DNA of 43,672 nt, from NCBI GenBank assembly GCA_902803415.1, contig CADCQA010000165.1, positions 1 to 43,672 on the forward strand. Direction: 5' to 3'. Below are positions 1 through 8,653 of the stretch, piece after piece. A program made the position numbers and the translations under genes. This DNA is from an uncultured Spirochaetaceae bacterium. Lineage in GTDB: Bacteria > Spirochaetota > Spirochaetia > Treponematales > Treponemataceae. Positions within the stretch are counted from its first letter, which is position 1, and each line of letters opens with the position of its first letter. The notes beneath the pieces are model-generated. The model had not been told where the DNA came from and did not search any database. It saw only the letters and a program-made list of their open reading frames with translations.

Positions 1-3000
1 CCCTACCCTTCCCCGCAGCTGGTACAGCTGGCTGACACCGTACATATCGGCACGGTCAATGATGATGGTATTCACGTTCGGGATGTCAATGCCGTTTTCG
101 ATGATGGTAGTTGCAACCAGCACGTTGAAACCGCCCATCTTGAAGCGGCGGAAAATGTCATCAAGCTGCTCACTGGACATTTTTCCGTGGGCAACATCAA
201 CCATCATCTCCGGAACAAGGTGTTCCAGCTTGATTCGTGTTTCTTCCAGCGTTTCCACGCGGTTATGCAGGTAGAACACCTGCCCGCCCCGCTCCACTTC
301 GCGCCGGATGGCAGTTGCAATTTTTTCGTCGGAGTACGCTTCGATGGCGGTCTCGATGGGCTGGCGGTTCTGCGGCGGAGTGGTCAGCAGACTCATGTCG
401 CGGATTTTCAAAAGACTCATGTGGAGCGTCCGGGGAATCGGCGTTGCGCTCATCGCAAGAGAATCGATGTTTGTTTTCAACACTTTAAGTTTTTCTTTAT
501 CTTTTACACCGAAACGCTGCTCCTCGTCTATAATCATCAGTCCAAGGTCTTTGTACACAACATCTTTCTGGATAATGCGGTGCGTACCGATAAGAATGTC
601 AACTTTGCCTTCCGCCAGGCGGGCAAGCACTTTTTTCTGCTCTGCCGGGCTCACAAAGCGTGAAAGCATGGAAATCTGCACGGGGAAATTCCGAAAGCGT
701 TCAATGCAGTTTTCATAGTGCTGCTCGGCAAGAATAGTCGTAGGCGCAAGAAATGCAACCTGTTTGCCGCCCATCACCGCCTTGAATGCAGCACGCATGG
801 CGATTTCCGTCTTGCCGTAACCTACATCGCCGCAGACAAGCCGGTCCATCGGCACGGGGCGCTCCATGTCGGACTTGATATCCTGCGTGGCAGCAAACTG
901 GTCGGGAGTATCCTCGTACGGGAAAGCTGCTTCAAAGGCCGCCTGCCACTCACTGTCCTTGGGGAATGCAAATCCGCGTGATGCCTTGCGCTTGGAATAG
1001 AGATCGATGAGCTTTTCGGCAATCTCTTCAACTTTCTGCTGCACCTTTGCCTTGCGGGAAGACCAGGACTTTGAGCCGATACGGTCAAGCCGGGGCTTCT
1101 CGCCCTCGCTGCCGATATAGCGCTGCACCATGTTCACCTGCTCAATCGGCACAAAGGCGAATTCCTGGTCAGCATACTCAAGCTTGATGTAGTCGCGTTC
1201 CATGCCCATTGACTTTACGCGCTCGATGCCCTTGAACATGCCGATGCCGTAGTTCACATGCACCACGTAGTCGCCGGGTGTCAGTTCTACAAAGGTGTCG
1301 ATTGCGCGGGACTTTGCCCGGCGGATTGATTTTGGTGCAGCTTTCCGGCGGCCGAATATTTCGCTTTCCTGTATGACCAGCACTTTTTCGTCAGAGACGG
1401 AAAAGCCTTCGGTGATTGCCTGCGGAAACACATGCACGGGGAACTGACTTCTGTCCTCCGGCTGCTCCGTATAGTCCCTGACAACTTCCCGGATGCGGAG
1501 CGCCTGATTGGGGTTATCCGCAAAAATGAAGATGTGCCAGCCTGACTGCTGCAAAGAACTTAATTGCTCCTTAAAATAATTAATATTTCCGAAGAAACTC
1601 TGCGGTGCCTCACAGTGCAGGTGGAATACGCTGCCGCTGTCAGGGGAAAGAGGCATGGCAGCAGCAACTGCATTACCGGTATCAGCTGAACTTTCGCCGG
1701 TACCGGCGCTGCCACTGTCAGTTCCCGCGGCATCCAGCGTTTCCATGGTTTCCAGCGAACGGAACAGGATATGCCGCCCGTGGCTCTGTGCAAGCGCATC
1801 AAAGTCAAAGAGCATGTACGAAGGCAGCAGCACGGGGAATTTCTGCCGCATGGTCCGGTACGATACATCGTATTCGTTGCGGAGCAGTTTTTGCGCGTTG
1901 CAGAGGCGGTCATAATCATAGAAGAAAACAGTTGTGCTTTCTGCCGTATAGTCGAGCACGGAATAGAATTTGTCCCACAGGACTCCGTAGAACAGTTCCT
2001 CGCCTTCGGATTCACGCTGCACGGAAAGCTCCGTGAGCAGGCGCTCTTTTTCCTGCCGGGCCTCGTCGGTCAGGGCAAGGTGGATGCTTCCCTGCCGCAC
2101 GGTGCCGTCCATGGCGGCTGCTTCCGCACGTTCAGCCTCATCACGCATGCTTTCTGCCGAAGCATCGTCCTGCGCCGGGCCGGAATCAGAAGACTGCCGC
2201 GCACCGGATTTCCGGCGGGCATCATATTCTGCAAAGGTATTGATAATACCTTCTTCATCTTCCTGCTGCAGAATCTGCTCCAGCTTCGCACACAGTTCAT
2301 CAGTCCAGAGAACTTCTTTCATCGGATAGATGAGGAGCGAATCGGTATTACCCTTCGATGACTGAGTTTCCGTATCAAAGGTCTTTATCTGTTCCACAGT
2401 GTCAAAGTCAAAAACGATGCGGCTTGCATACTGCTCGCCCGGCATAAAAATGTCCAGAACTTCACCGCGAAGGGCAAATTCTCCCCGTACGCTCACACGC
2501 GGAACACGGATATAGCCGTAGCCGGCAAGCGTAGCAGCAAGTTTTGAACTGTCAAAGCTCTGCCCCCTGCGGATTTTGCACAGCTGGGAACGTACATAAG
2601 ACGGCGGCGGCACGGGCGTCAGCAGGGCCCGCTGCGTGATGACAAAAATGCGGGGCTTTGCAGATTTTGCAGCCGGAGAGGCAAGCTTGGCAAGCACACC
2701 TGCCCGTTCTCCGAACACGGACGAGCCTTTTGCCGCCGGGCGGTACGGAAGCATGCCCCACCACGGAAGCTTCAGCACATCGGCACTGTCACCAAGTATG
2801 GTATTCAGGTCGGTTTCACATTCATCGGCTTCCTTCTGGGACGGCACAATGATAAGGCAGTCCTCCTGGGGCTGCCCGTGCGCTCTGCCGTACTGTTCTT
2901 CATGGATTGCATCAAGGCGGCGGCGTTCCAGAAACTGGGCCACAAAAAAGCCCGGCAGGCTGCCCTTCAGCCCCGAAATTTCTGCAGGAAAACCAGAGTC

Positions 3001-3093
3001 ACCGTCAGCACAGGCAACGGCAGTCCCGTGCAGTTCCTTCCAGGACTTCAGGAGCGGGACAAGCGATTCATTTAGTGATAAATTATTTTCCAT
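1..3093 (-). CDS. mfd: Transcription-repair coupling factor Mfd (3' end runs off the left edge)
   Basis: Not in the ORF track because it has no stop in the window. Translating the minus strand from ATG at 3093 (MENNLSLNESL...) gives the UvrB-like RGEFALRGEVLDIF, the RID segment PGDYVVHVNYGIG, and helicase motifs MDRLVCGDVGYGKTE, IIDEEQRFG, SATPIPRTL, IENGIDIPNVNT and QLYQLRGRVG at the edge. Confidence 0.97.
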   Translation of the reverse strand, partial: MENNLSLNESLVPLLKSWKELHGTAVACADGDSGFPAEISGLKGSLPGFFVAQFLERRRLDAIHEEQYGRAHGQPQEDCLIIVPSQKEADECETDLNTILGDSADVLKLPWWGMLPYRPAAKGSSVFGERAGVLAKLASPAAKSAKPRIFVITQRALLTPVPPPSYVRSQLCKIRRGQSFDSSKLAATLAGYGYIRVPRVSVRGEFALRGEVLDIFMPGEQYASRIVFDFDTVEQIKTFDTETQSSKGNTDSLLIYPMKEVLWTDELCAKLEQILQQEDEEGIINTFAEYDARRKSGARQSSDSGPAQDDASAESMRDEAERAEAAAMDGTVRQGSIHLALTDEARQEKERLLTELSVQRESEGEELFYGVLWDKFYSVLDYTAESTTVFFYDYDRLCNAQKLLRNEYDVSYRTMRQKFPVLLPSYMLFDFDALAQSHGRHILFRSLETMETLDAAGTDSGSAGTGESSADTGNAVAAAMPLSPDSGSVFHLHCEAPQSFFGNINYFKEQLSSLQQSGWHIFIFADNPNQALRIREVVRDYTEQPEDRSQFPVHVFPQAITEGFSVSDEKVLVIQESEIFGRRKAAPKSIRRAKSRAIDTFVELTPGDYVVHVNYGIGMFKGIERVKSMGMERDYIKLEYADQEFAFVPIEQVNMVQRYIGSEGEKPRLDRIGSKSWSSRKAKVQQKVEEIAEKLIDLYSKRKASRGFAFPKDSEWQAAFEAAFPYEDTPDQFAATQDIKSDMERPVPMDRLVCGDVGYGKTEIAMRAAFKAVMGGKQVAFLAPTTILAEQHYENCIERFRNFPVQISMLSRFVSPAEQKKVLARLAEGKVDILIGTHRIIQKDVVYKDLGLMIIDEEQRFGVKDKEKLKVLKTNIDSLAMSATPIPRTLHMSLLKIRDMSLLTTPPQNRQPIETAIEAYSDEKIATAIRREVERGGQVFYLHNRVETLEETRIKLEHLVPEMMVDVAHGKMSSEQLDDIFRRFKMGGFNVLVATTIIENGIDIPNVNTIIIDRADMYGVSQLYQLRGRVG

Positions 3094-3263
3094 ATTTGAC
3101 CGATATATAAGTGATAGGAAGCTTCCCAACACACCATCATGGTGCAGGATCTCCTGCCTGTTCCTTGCAGGAACGGGACTTTTCCGCGGTTTATCTTTAA
3201 AATAAATTTAAAGATGCCTTAAAAATTTAACTAAGTCTGAACGTTCAGACGGGAGTTACTGTT

Positions 3264-4262
3264 GTGAAACGAACACTGCTTGCCATTATAACAAGTTTTA
3301 CCGTTTTTGCCCAGCTCTTTGCGGCAGAAACAACGGCCGCCCTTGACACGGATGCAGCTGCTTTTGCAAAGAATGCTGCCGTTTCCATCAAATTCTACGA
3401 CCGCACCATGTATTATCCGGGGAATACGATGAGTAACCCCGTCCAGATTCACGTGACGATTACCAATACCGGCAGCGATACCCTGCGCTTTAAGCTTGCT
3501 GACGACAAAATGTTCAGCATTGACTTTGAGGCCTATGACATAAAGAATGCCCAGCTGAAAAACACGGATTCCCTTATCCGCAAGCGGACCACGAGCCGCA
3601 CTGTCTATTTCCGCGAGATTGCCATTGAGCCGGGTGAAGCATATTCGTTCATTGAGAATCTTAAGGACTTCATCAACATTAATTCTCCTTCTATATACTA
3701 TGTGAACCTGCGCTTCTATCCGGAGCTGTACAGCGATGTTGCAAATTATGTGCCGTCCAACCGCCTGAGCCTTGAAGTGCGTCCCTCCCCGTCTGCGGCA
3801 TCTTCCAACAGGATTCCTGTGGAAGCAGCGACTGCTGCCGTGCTGCAGCCCGAGGCCATCAGCCCGGACAAGGTGATTGAGCAGACCATCATTGCACGCC
3901 AGCGGAGCCTGTGGGATCAGTTCTTCCTTTATATGAACGTGGAAGAAATGCTCAAGCGCGACCCGTCACGGAGCCGCCGCTACAACTCTGAGAGCGCAGA
4001 CGGCAGGAATCAGATGATTGAGGCATTCAAGGCAGATTTGATGCAGAGCCGCATTGAAACGAATATCGTCGCCATTCCTTCCGATTTCACCGTGGAGACG
4101 ACCACCTACTCCCAGACAGAAGGTACGGTAAAAGTGACTGAATTCTTCAAGAACGAAACCTACACTGAAAAGAAATTATATACCTACTATGTGCGCCAGC
4201 GCGACGGCATCTGGCAGATTTATAACTATACCGTTGACAACCTCGGTACCGGGGCGGACTGA
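3264..4262 (+). CDS. Secreted/periplasmic hypothetical protein (signal peptide, probable Ig-like N-terminal domain, alpha/beta C-terminal domain)
   Basis: 332-aa ORF with GTG start and GGGAG SD at 3251-3255. Classical signal peptide MKRTLLAIITSFTVFAQLFA. Beta-rich segment VQIHVTITNTGSDTL..EIAIEPGEAYSF. The fold is inferred. Confidence 0.85.
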   Translation: MKRTLLAIITSFTVFAQLFAAETTAALDTDAAAFAKNAAVSIKFYDRTMYYPGNTMSNPVQIHVTITNTGSDTLRFKLADDKMFSIDFEAYDIKNAQLKNTDSLIRKRTTSRTVYFREIAIEPGEAYSFIENLKDFININSPSIYYVNLRFYPELYSDVANYVPSNRLSLEVRPSPSAASSNRIPVEAATAAVLQPEAISPDKVIEQTIIARQRSLWDQFFLYMNVEEMLKRDPSRSRRYNSESADGRNQMIEAFKADLMQSRIETNIVAIPSDFTVETTTYSQTEGTVKVTEFFKNETYTEKKLYTYYVRQRDGIWQIYNYTVDNLGTGAD

Positions 4263-4267
4263 TTCCT

Positions 4268-4654
4268 ATGGCAAGAAGCGGGCAGGCAAAATATTTTTGC
4301 GAAAACTGTGGCAGTGAGGTTGCGGCAAATGCCCGTTTCTGTCCTCATTGCGGCCGCTTTTTCTCCTCGGTACGCTGTCCGCAGTGCGGGTATACCGGCG
4401 GCGTGAATGCCTTCAAGAAAGGCTGCCCGCGCTGCCACTATGCAATGACCCAGGAAGATATTTTTGGTGTCCCCGCTGCGGCCGCTGGTGCCGGAAAGAA
4501 AAAATCCCTGAAGAAAAAGAACCGGAAGAAGCTTTCACGGTCTGCTGCCGCAGAACCGGCTGGGGACGAGGTTCCTGTATGGATGTATATCGGCAGTGTT
4601 GCCGTCCTGATTCTTTTCTTCTGCATTGTCCTTTTTCAATGCGGAATCATTTAA
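4268..4654 (+). CDS. Double zinc-ribbon protein with Lys-rich linker and C-terminal membrane anchor
   Basis: Four CxxC motifs (CENC, CPHC, CPQC, CPRC), basic stretch KKKSLKKKNRKK and hydrophobic C-terminal helix. Starts 5 bp after the upstream gene. Confidence 0.85.
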   Translation: MARSGQAKYFCENCGSEVAANARFCPHCGRFFSSVRCPQCGYTGGVNAFKKGCPRCHYAMTQEDIFGVPAAAAGAGKKKSLKKKNRKKLSRSAAAEPAGDEVPVWMYIGSVAVLILFFCIVLFQCGII

Positions 4655-4729
4655 GCAAGAAGATTTCACGTCTATTACGCAGTTCGGAAAGCAAAGGTTT
4701 CCGAGCCGTCCTATGAAAGCAAACGTATT

Positions 4730-5344
4730 ATGGGCATACAAGATTTCATTTCCAGTAACAATATCCGCCTTGATCAGCAGCTCAAGTTCACGGTGGAAAT
4801 AGACAAGATGACGGCTATTCTGCGCCGGACAGTCCTTATCGACAAATCACGGCGCGAAAACGATGCCGAGCATTCCTGGCACATTGCCGTAATGGCACTG
4901 CTTTTCTCTGAATATGCTTCCGAAGCCGTGGATGTGGGACGCGCCGCAAAGATGTGTGTTGTCCATGACCTCATTGAAATCTACGCGGGCGATACCTTTG
5001 CATACGATGCAAAGGCGAACGCAGACAAGGCTGAACGTGAAAGCGCAGCCGCCGGCAGGCTCTTTTCGCAGCTGCCTGCAGAACAGGGCGCGGAACTCCG
5101 CTCGCTCTGGGAGGAGTTTGATGCCATGCAGACTGCAGATGCAAAGTATGCCGCCTGTATGGACCGCCTGCAGCCCTTTCTTCACAATACCCTCACCGAC
5201 GGACATACGTGGGCAGAAAGCGGCACCTGCCGGGCGGCCGTAGAACAGCGCATGGCTGTCATCAGGGACTTCATGCCGAAAGTTTACCAGTGGATAGAAA
5301 AGAACCTTGATAATGCAATAGAAAAAGGCTGGCTGAAGGCATAG
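4730..5344 (+). CDS. HD-domain phosphohydrolase (YfbR/HDDC2-like 5'-deoxynucleotidase family)
   Basis: Motifs RRENDAEHSWH, VHDLIEIYAGD, LWEEF and MDRLQP are typical of the HD_3 family. Confidence 0.9.
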   Translation: MGIQDFISSNNIRLDQQLKFTVEIDKMTAILRRTVLIDKSRRENDAEHSWHIAVMALLFSEYASEAVDVGRAAKMCVVHDLIEIYAGDTFAYDAKANADKAERESAAAGRLFSQLPAEQGAELRSLWEEFDAMQTADAKYAACMDRLQPFLHNTLTDGHTWAESGTCRAAVEQRMAVIRDFMPKVYQWIEKNLDNAIEKGWLKA

Positions 5345-5446
5345 TTTCCTTCTCAGTACCAGCAGTCATGAAGCGGCAGGCAGGCTTTCCACCGCGGGCA
5401 GAGACTTTTGAAAGCAAACTGATAACACGAAGCATCTGTGGTGCAT

Positions 5447-5476
5447 AAAAAAAGACCGTCTTAAAGACGGTCTTTT
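5447..5476. terminator. Bidirectional intrinsic terminator between the HD gene and tRNA-Leu
   Basis: AAAAGACCGTC-TTAAA-GACGGTCTTTT inverted repeat with A/T tails, between convergent units. Confidence 0.8.
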
Positions 5477-5480
5477 CATT

Positions 5481-5562
5481 TGCCCGGAACCTGACTTGAA
5501 CAGGCACACCTCGCGGCACTAGTACCTGAAACTAGCGTGTCTACCAATTCCACCATCCGGGC
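5481..5562 (-). tRNA. tRNA-Leu(CAG)
   Basis: Reverse complement GCCCGGATGGTGGAATTGGTAGACACGCTAGTTTCAGGTACTAGTGCCGCGAGGTGTGCCTGTTCAAGTCAGGTTCCGGGCA. Cloverleaf with anticodon stem CTAGT/ACTAG, loop TTCAGGT and a long variable arm. CCA not encoded. Confidence 0.95.
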
Positions 5563-5572
5563 AAGTGATAGT

Positions 5573-5601
5573 AGTATAAGGAAAATAAGATTTTTAGTCA
5601 A
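5573..5601 (-). promoter_or_regulatory. Sigma70-type promoter of tRNA-Leu
   Basis: TTGACT-17 bp-TATACT on the minus strand. The -35 overlaps the stop codon of the upstream RluA-family gene. Confidence 0.75.
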
Positions 5602-6350
5602 GTGCTTATAGAGCTTTTTATTGAAAAAAAATGCTCTTTATGTGTTTTTTCGTCCGGGAAACGTAAGGACTCCGCAGTAAAGCAGAATGCGTCCCCTTCC
5701 CGCGAGCCGGGAGCATACAGGCTGTCTCCCTGGATGGGGAACCCAAGCCATGCAAGATGACAGCGGACCTGATGACGGTAGCCCCTGCTGATGCAGCAGG
5801 CAGCTTCCCAGATACCGGCATTCCGGTGCAGTGAAACCTCTGTACTGTACAAGGCCGGTGACGCTTTCCGGCGTGCAGCCTTCCCCGCCTGTGCTGTTAC
5901 GGGGCGGACCGCCCTGCCGCGTTCCCCGTAGGGACGGAAATATGACGTAATGGTTCCCTCAAAACCGTTTTCCGTCACAGCTGCCGGGGCTGGAGGAAAA
6001 GCTCCAAGCTGCTCCCTGCAGTCCGGGCGGCAGGTACAGATTGCATGGTAGTGCTTGATAAACAGCCCGCGCTGCTGCACATCCAGCAGATAGGCATAGT
6101 ATTCCTGCGTAGCGGCAATCAGCAGGATGCCGCGGGTTGCTGTATCAATCCGGTGCACAAGTCCGTGCTCAACAGTTTTTTTGCCGCAGACTGCGTCCAG
6201 CCCCGGATAGCGTGCAGCAGCCTGCGTATAGGCGCTTTCCTCACCGGGATGCAGGGGGGCACTCGGCAGCCCGGAGGGCTTGTCGAGTATGACAAAGGGT
6301 TCTGTGTCCGTGGGCGGATGAATGATGCGGATGCAGGAAGCGCTGTCCAT
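5598..6350 (-). CDS. RluA-family RNA pseudouridine synthase (no S4 domain)
   Basis: Motifs DKPSGLPS, catalytic VHRIDTATRG, GYRHQVRCHLA and IQGDSLY. Confidence 0.9.
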   Translation of the reverse strand: MDSASCIRIIHPPTDTEPFVILDKPSGLPSAPLHPGEESAYTQAAARYPGLDAVCGKKTVEHGLVHRIDTATRGILLIAATQEYYAYLLDVQQRGLFIKHYHAICTCRPDCREQLGAFPPAPAAVTENGFEGTITSYFRPYGERGRAVRPVTAQAGKAARRKASPALYSTEVSLHRNAGIWEAACCISRGYRHQVRCHLAWLGFPIQGDSLYAPGSREGDAFCFTAESLRFPDEKTHKEHFFSIKSSIST

Positions 6351-6352
6351 GC

Positions 6353-7333
6353 CTACCGGTCCTTGGGCAGCACCGTCTTTGGGTAGCGCTTGTGCAGATC
6401 CTTGAGCACCCGCAGGAAACGCCGGGGCGTGGGGGATTTAAATGTCGTCCGTTCGGTGCATCCGGGCAGACGGATCGCCAGCAGATGTGCATGCAGCATA
6501 AGCGTTGCCTGCGGAAAAAGCTTGTCCTGCCGGGCATAGATGGAATCGCCCAGCACGGGACAGTTCAGGTAGCGCATGTGTACGCGGATCTGGTGCGTGC
6601 GCCCGGTGGCAATGCGGATGCGCATAAGCGAATATTCTCCGTAGCAGGCTATGCAGTTGAATGCGGTCTCTGCGAATTTTCCCTCTGTTGTGTCCGTGAC
6701 GGCACGGAACCGGCGGCGGTTCTTTGGGTCGCGGATAATCTGCGTACGTATAATTCCGTGCTGGTGCTGGGGGCGCCCCATACAGATGGCAATATATTCC
6801 TTTACGAGCGAAGCATGCTTGCGGAACTGGGCACCGAGCCATTCCTCTGCGTCGCGGTGCTTTGCCGTAATAATGACGCCGGACGTATCCTTATCCAGCC
6901 GGTGTACAATGCCCGGCCGCCGCTGCGCAAGAATTTGCGGTTCAGGAACGCCTTCCAGCTGGGGAATTTTGCTGCGCCCCCAGTGGTACAGCAGGGCGTT
7001 CACCAAAGTTCCCGTCCAATTCCCGCAGGCGGGGTGCGTCACCATTCCCTGAGCCTTGTCCACAACACAGACATTGTCATCCTCATACAGTATGGTAAGC
7101 GGGATATCTTCCGGCTCTATGTCTGTGGGGATATTCTCTTCCCATTCTATGTCCAGCCGGTCGCCGGCCTTCACCTTGTACGAGACCTTTTCCTTCTTAC
7201 CGTTCACCAGAATTTCAACAACGCCGCTCTTGAGCTTGCTGCGGTTCATGCCGTCCGGCAGAGATGCAATATATTTGTCCAGCCGTTCACGGCCTTCAAA
7301 CGAAAGAGGAACGCTTGTTGAGAAATACGGCAT
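6353..7333 (-). CDS. rluD: 23S rRNA pseudouridine synthase RluD-like (S4 + catalytic domain)
   Basis: S4-like ERLDKY..SK..ILVNG, then DKAQGMVTHP, GTLVNALL, RPGIVHRLDKDTSG, TGRTHQIRVH, GDSIY and LHA. Confidence 0.92.
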   Translation of the reverse strand: MPYFSTSVPLSFEGRERLDKYIASLPDGMNRSKLKSGVVEILVNGKKEKVSYKVKAGDRLDIEWEENIPTDIEPEDIPLTILYEDDNVCVVDKAQGMVTHPACGNWTGTLVNALLYHWGRSKIPQLEGVPEPQILAQRRPGIVHRLDKDTSGVIITAKHRDAEEWLGAQFRKHASLVKEYIAICMGRPQHQHGIIRTQIIRDPKNRRRFRAVTDTTEGKFAETAFNCIACYGEYSLMRIRIATGRTHQIRVHMRYLNCPVLGDSIYARQDKLFPQATLMLHAHLLAIRLPGCTERTTFKSPTPRRFLRVLKDLHKRYPKTVLPKDR

Positions 7334-7334
7334 T

Positions 7335-7856
7335 CTACGGCTCTTCCCCGTTTTCCCCAGAATCGGCCGGAGGGCTGTCCTGATTTTTCCGCAACAGCTC
7401 CGCGGCTTCTTCCGGAGTGATGGGGCGCACGTTTTCCCGCTCGGAGGCTTCCTTCAGTGCACGCCGCTGTTCAGCCTTCTGGCGCTGCACGTACGAAATG
7501 ATATAGTCGGTCAGGCCCACCGCCAGGCTGATGCCGAGCGACGTTCCCACCACACCGATGATTTCGCCGGTCGAAAAACCGTTGTTCTTGTCGAACGGAT
7601 TGGGAAATTTGTCTCTCTTACCTGAAAAATAGAGGAAAGAGCTGTAGCCCGCCGTTGCCCCGATAGTGACGAAAGGCAGCGACCCCAGGGTAACAATCTC
7701 GGCCCTGCGCAAATCCTTTGACCACTGAGGAAATTCGTCCTCACTGTACGGAACCGGCTCCGTCGAATCCGCGCTTTCAGCGGAAGTCTGAGCCTGCACA
7801 GTAAATGAAGATAAAAGCGAAACTGCAAGGAATGCAGCCAGAATTCTTCCTTTCAT
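7335..7856 (-). CDS. Hypothetical envelope protein (signal peptide plus two hydrophobic segments)
   Basis: 173-aa ORF tightly coupled to both neighbours. Signal peptide ending TVQA, conserved-looking PY..DEFPQW.KDLRRAEIVTLGSLPF, and a charged C-terminal tail. Confidence 0.8.
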   Translation of the reverse strand: MKGRILAAFLAVSLLSSFTVQAQTSAESADSTEPVPYSEDEFPQWSKDLRRAEIVTLGSLPFVTIGATAGYSSFLYFSGKRDKFPNPFDKNNGFSTGEIIGVVGTSLGISLAVGLTDYIISYVQRQKAEQRRALKEASERENVRPITPEEAAELLRKNQDSPPADSGENGEEP

Positions 7857-7857
7857 A

Positions 7858-8571
7858 CTACGCCTGCGCCCGTGCGCCGAACAGCGCCGTGCCGATGCGG
7901 ACTTCGGTGCTGCCCTCCTCGATTGCTATTCTGAAATCCCCGCTCATGCCCATGCTGAGCGCATCTATCCGCAGCATGGGGAATTCCGAACGAAGCTTCT
8001 CCTGTAACGCACGGAGCGCCGAGAAAGATTTCCGGATTTCCTTTTCATCTGCGGTAAAGGGAGCCATTGTCATCAGACCGGCGGGCACGATGTGCGGGTA
8101 CAGTCCTTCTGCACAGTGCCGGGCAGAGAGCATCAGGGCAGATTCATCCGGGTAACCGCTCTTTGAGTCTTCGCCGGTGTGCAGCTCAAAATACACTTCC
8201 ATGGTCTTTCCCAGCCTGGCGCAGTGTTTTTCCAGTTCTGCAAGCAGCTCTTCGCGGTCGGCAGATTCAATGCAGGTCGCGATTTCCGCAGCTTTCTTCA
8301 CCTTGTTGAGCTGCAAGGCACCGATGATGTGCAGCGAATAGTCTTTGCCGGCAGCCTGCAGCTCCCCGAATTTGGCGCAGGCCTCCTGCACGCGGTTTTC
8401 GCCAAAAAGCAGCTGCCCCGTTTCCATGGCAGCACAGATATCCTCGACGGGATGGAATTTGCTCACCGCGCAGAGCTGTACGCTTCCTTGTGCACGCCCC
8501 GCCTTTGCTTCGGCTTCATGTATCTCATCATGAACTTTTTTAAAGTTATCCTTAATTTCATCAGCAGTCAT
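7858..8571 (-). CDS. yggS: Pyridoxal-phosphate homeostasis protein (YggS/PLPBP family)
   Basis: LCAVSKFH (PLP lysine), FGENRVQE, HIIGALQLNK, GLMTM, LSMGMSGD and EEGSTEVRIGTALFG. Start moved to ATG 8571 (MTADEIK), which follows a GGAG SD. Confidence 0.95.
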   Translation of the reverse strand: MTADEIKDNFKKVHDEIHEAEAKAGRAQGSVQLCAVSKFHPVEDICAAMETGQLLFGENRVQEACAKFGELQAAGKDYSLHIIGALQLNKVKKAAEIATCIESADREELLAELEKHCARLGKTMEVYFELHTGEDSKSGYPDESALMLSARHCAEGLYPHIVPAGLMTMAPFTADEKEIRKSFSALRALQEKLRSEFPMLRIDALSMGMSGDFRIAIEEGSTEVRIGTALFGARAQA

Positions 8572-8653
8572 TGCAATGCCTCTCCAAGCGTCACCGGCGG
8601 CTTTACGTACAGGCCGGCGCTTCCCCAGTATAACAGAAGCAGGGGGCAAACGT

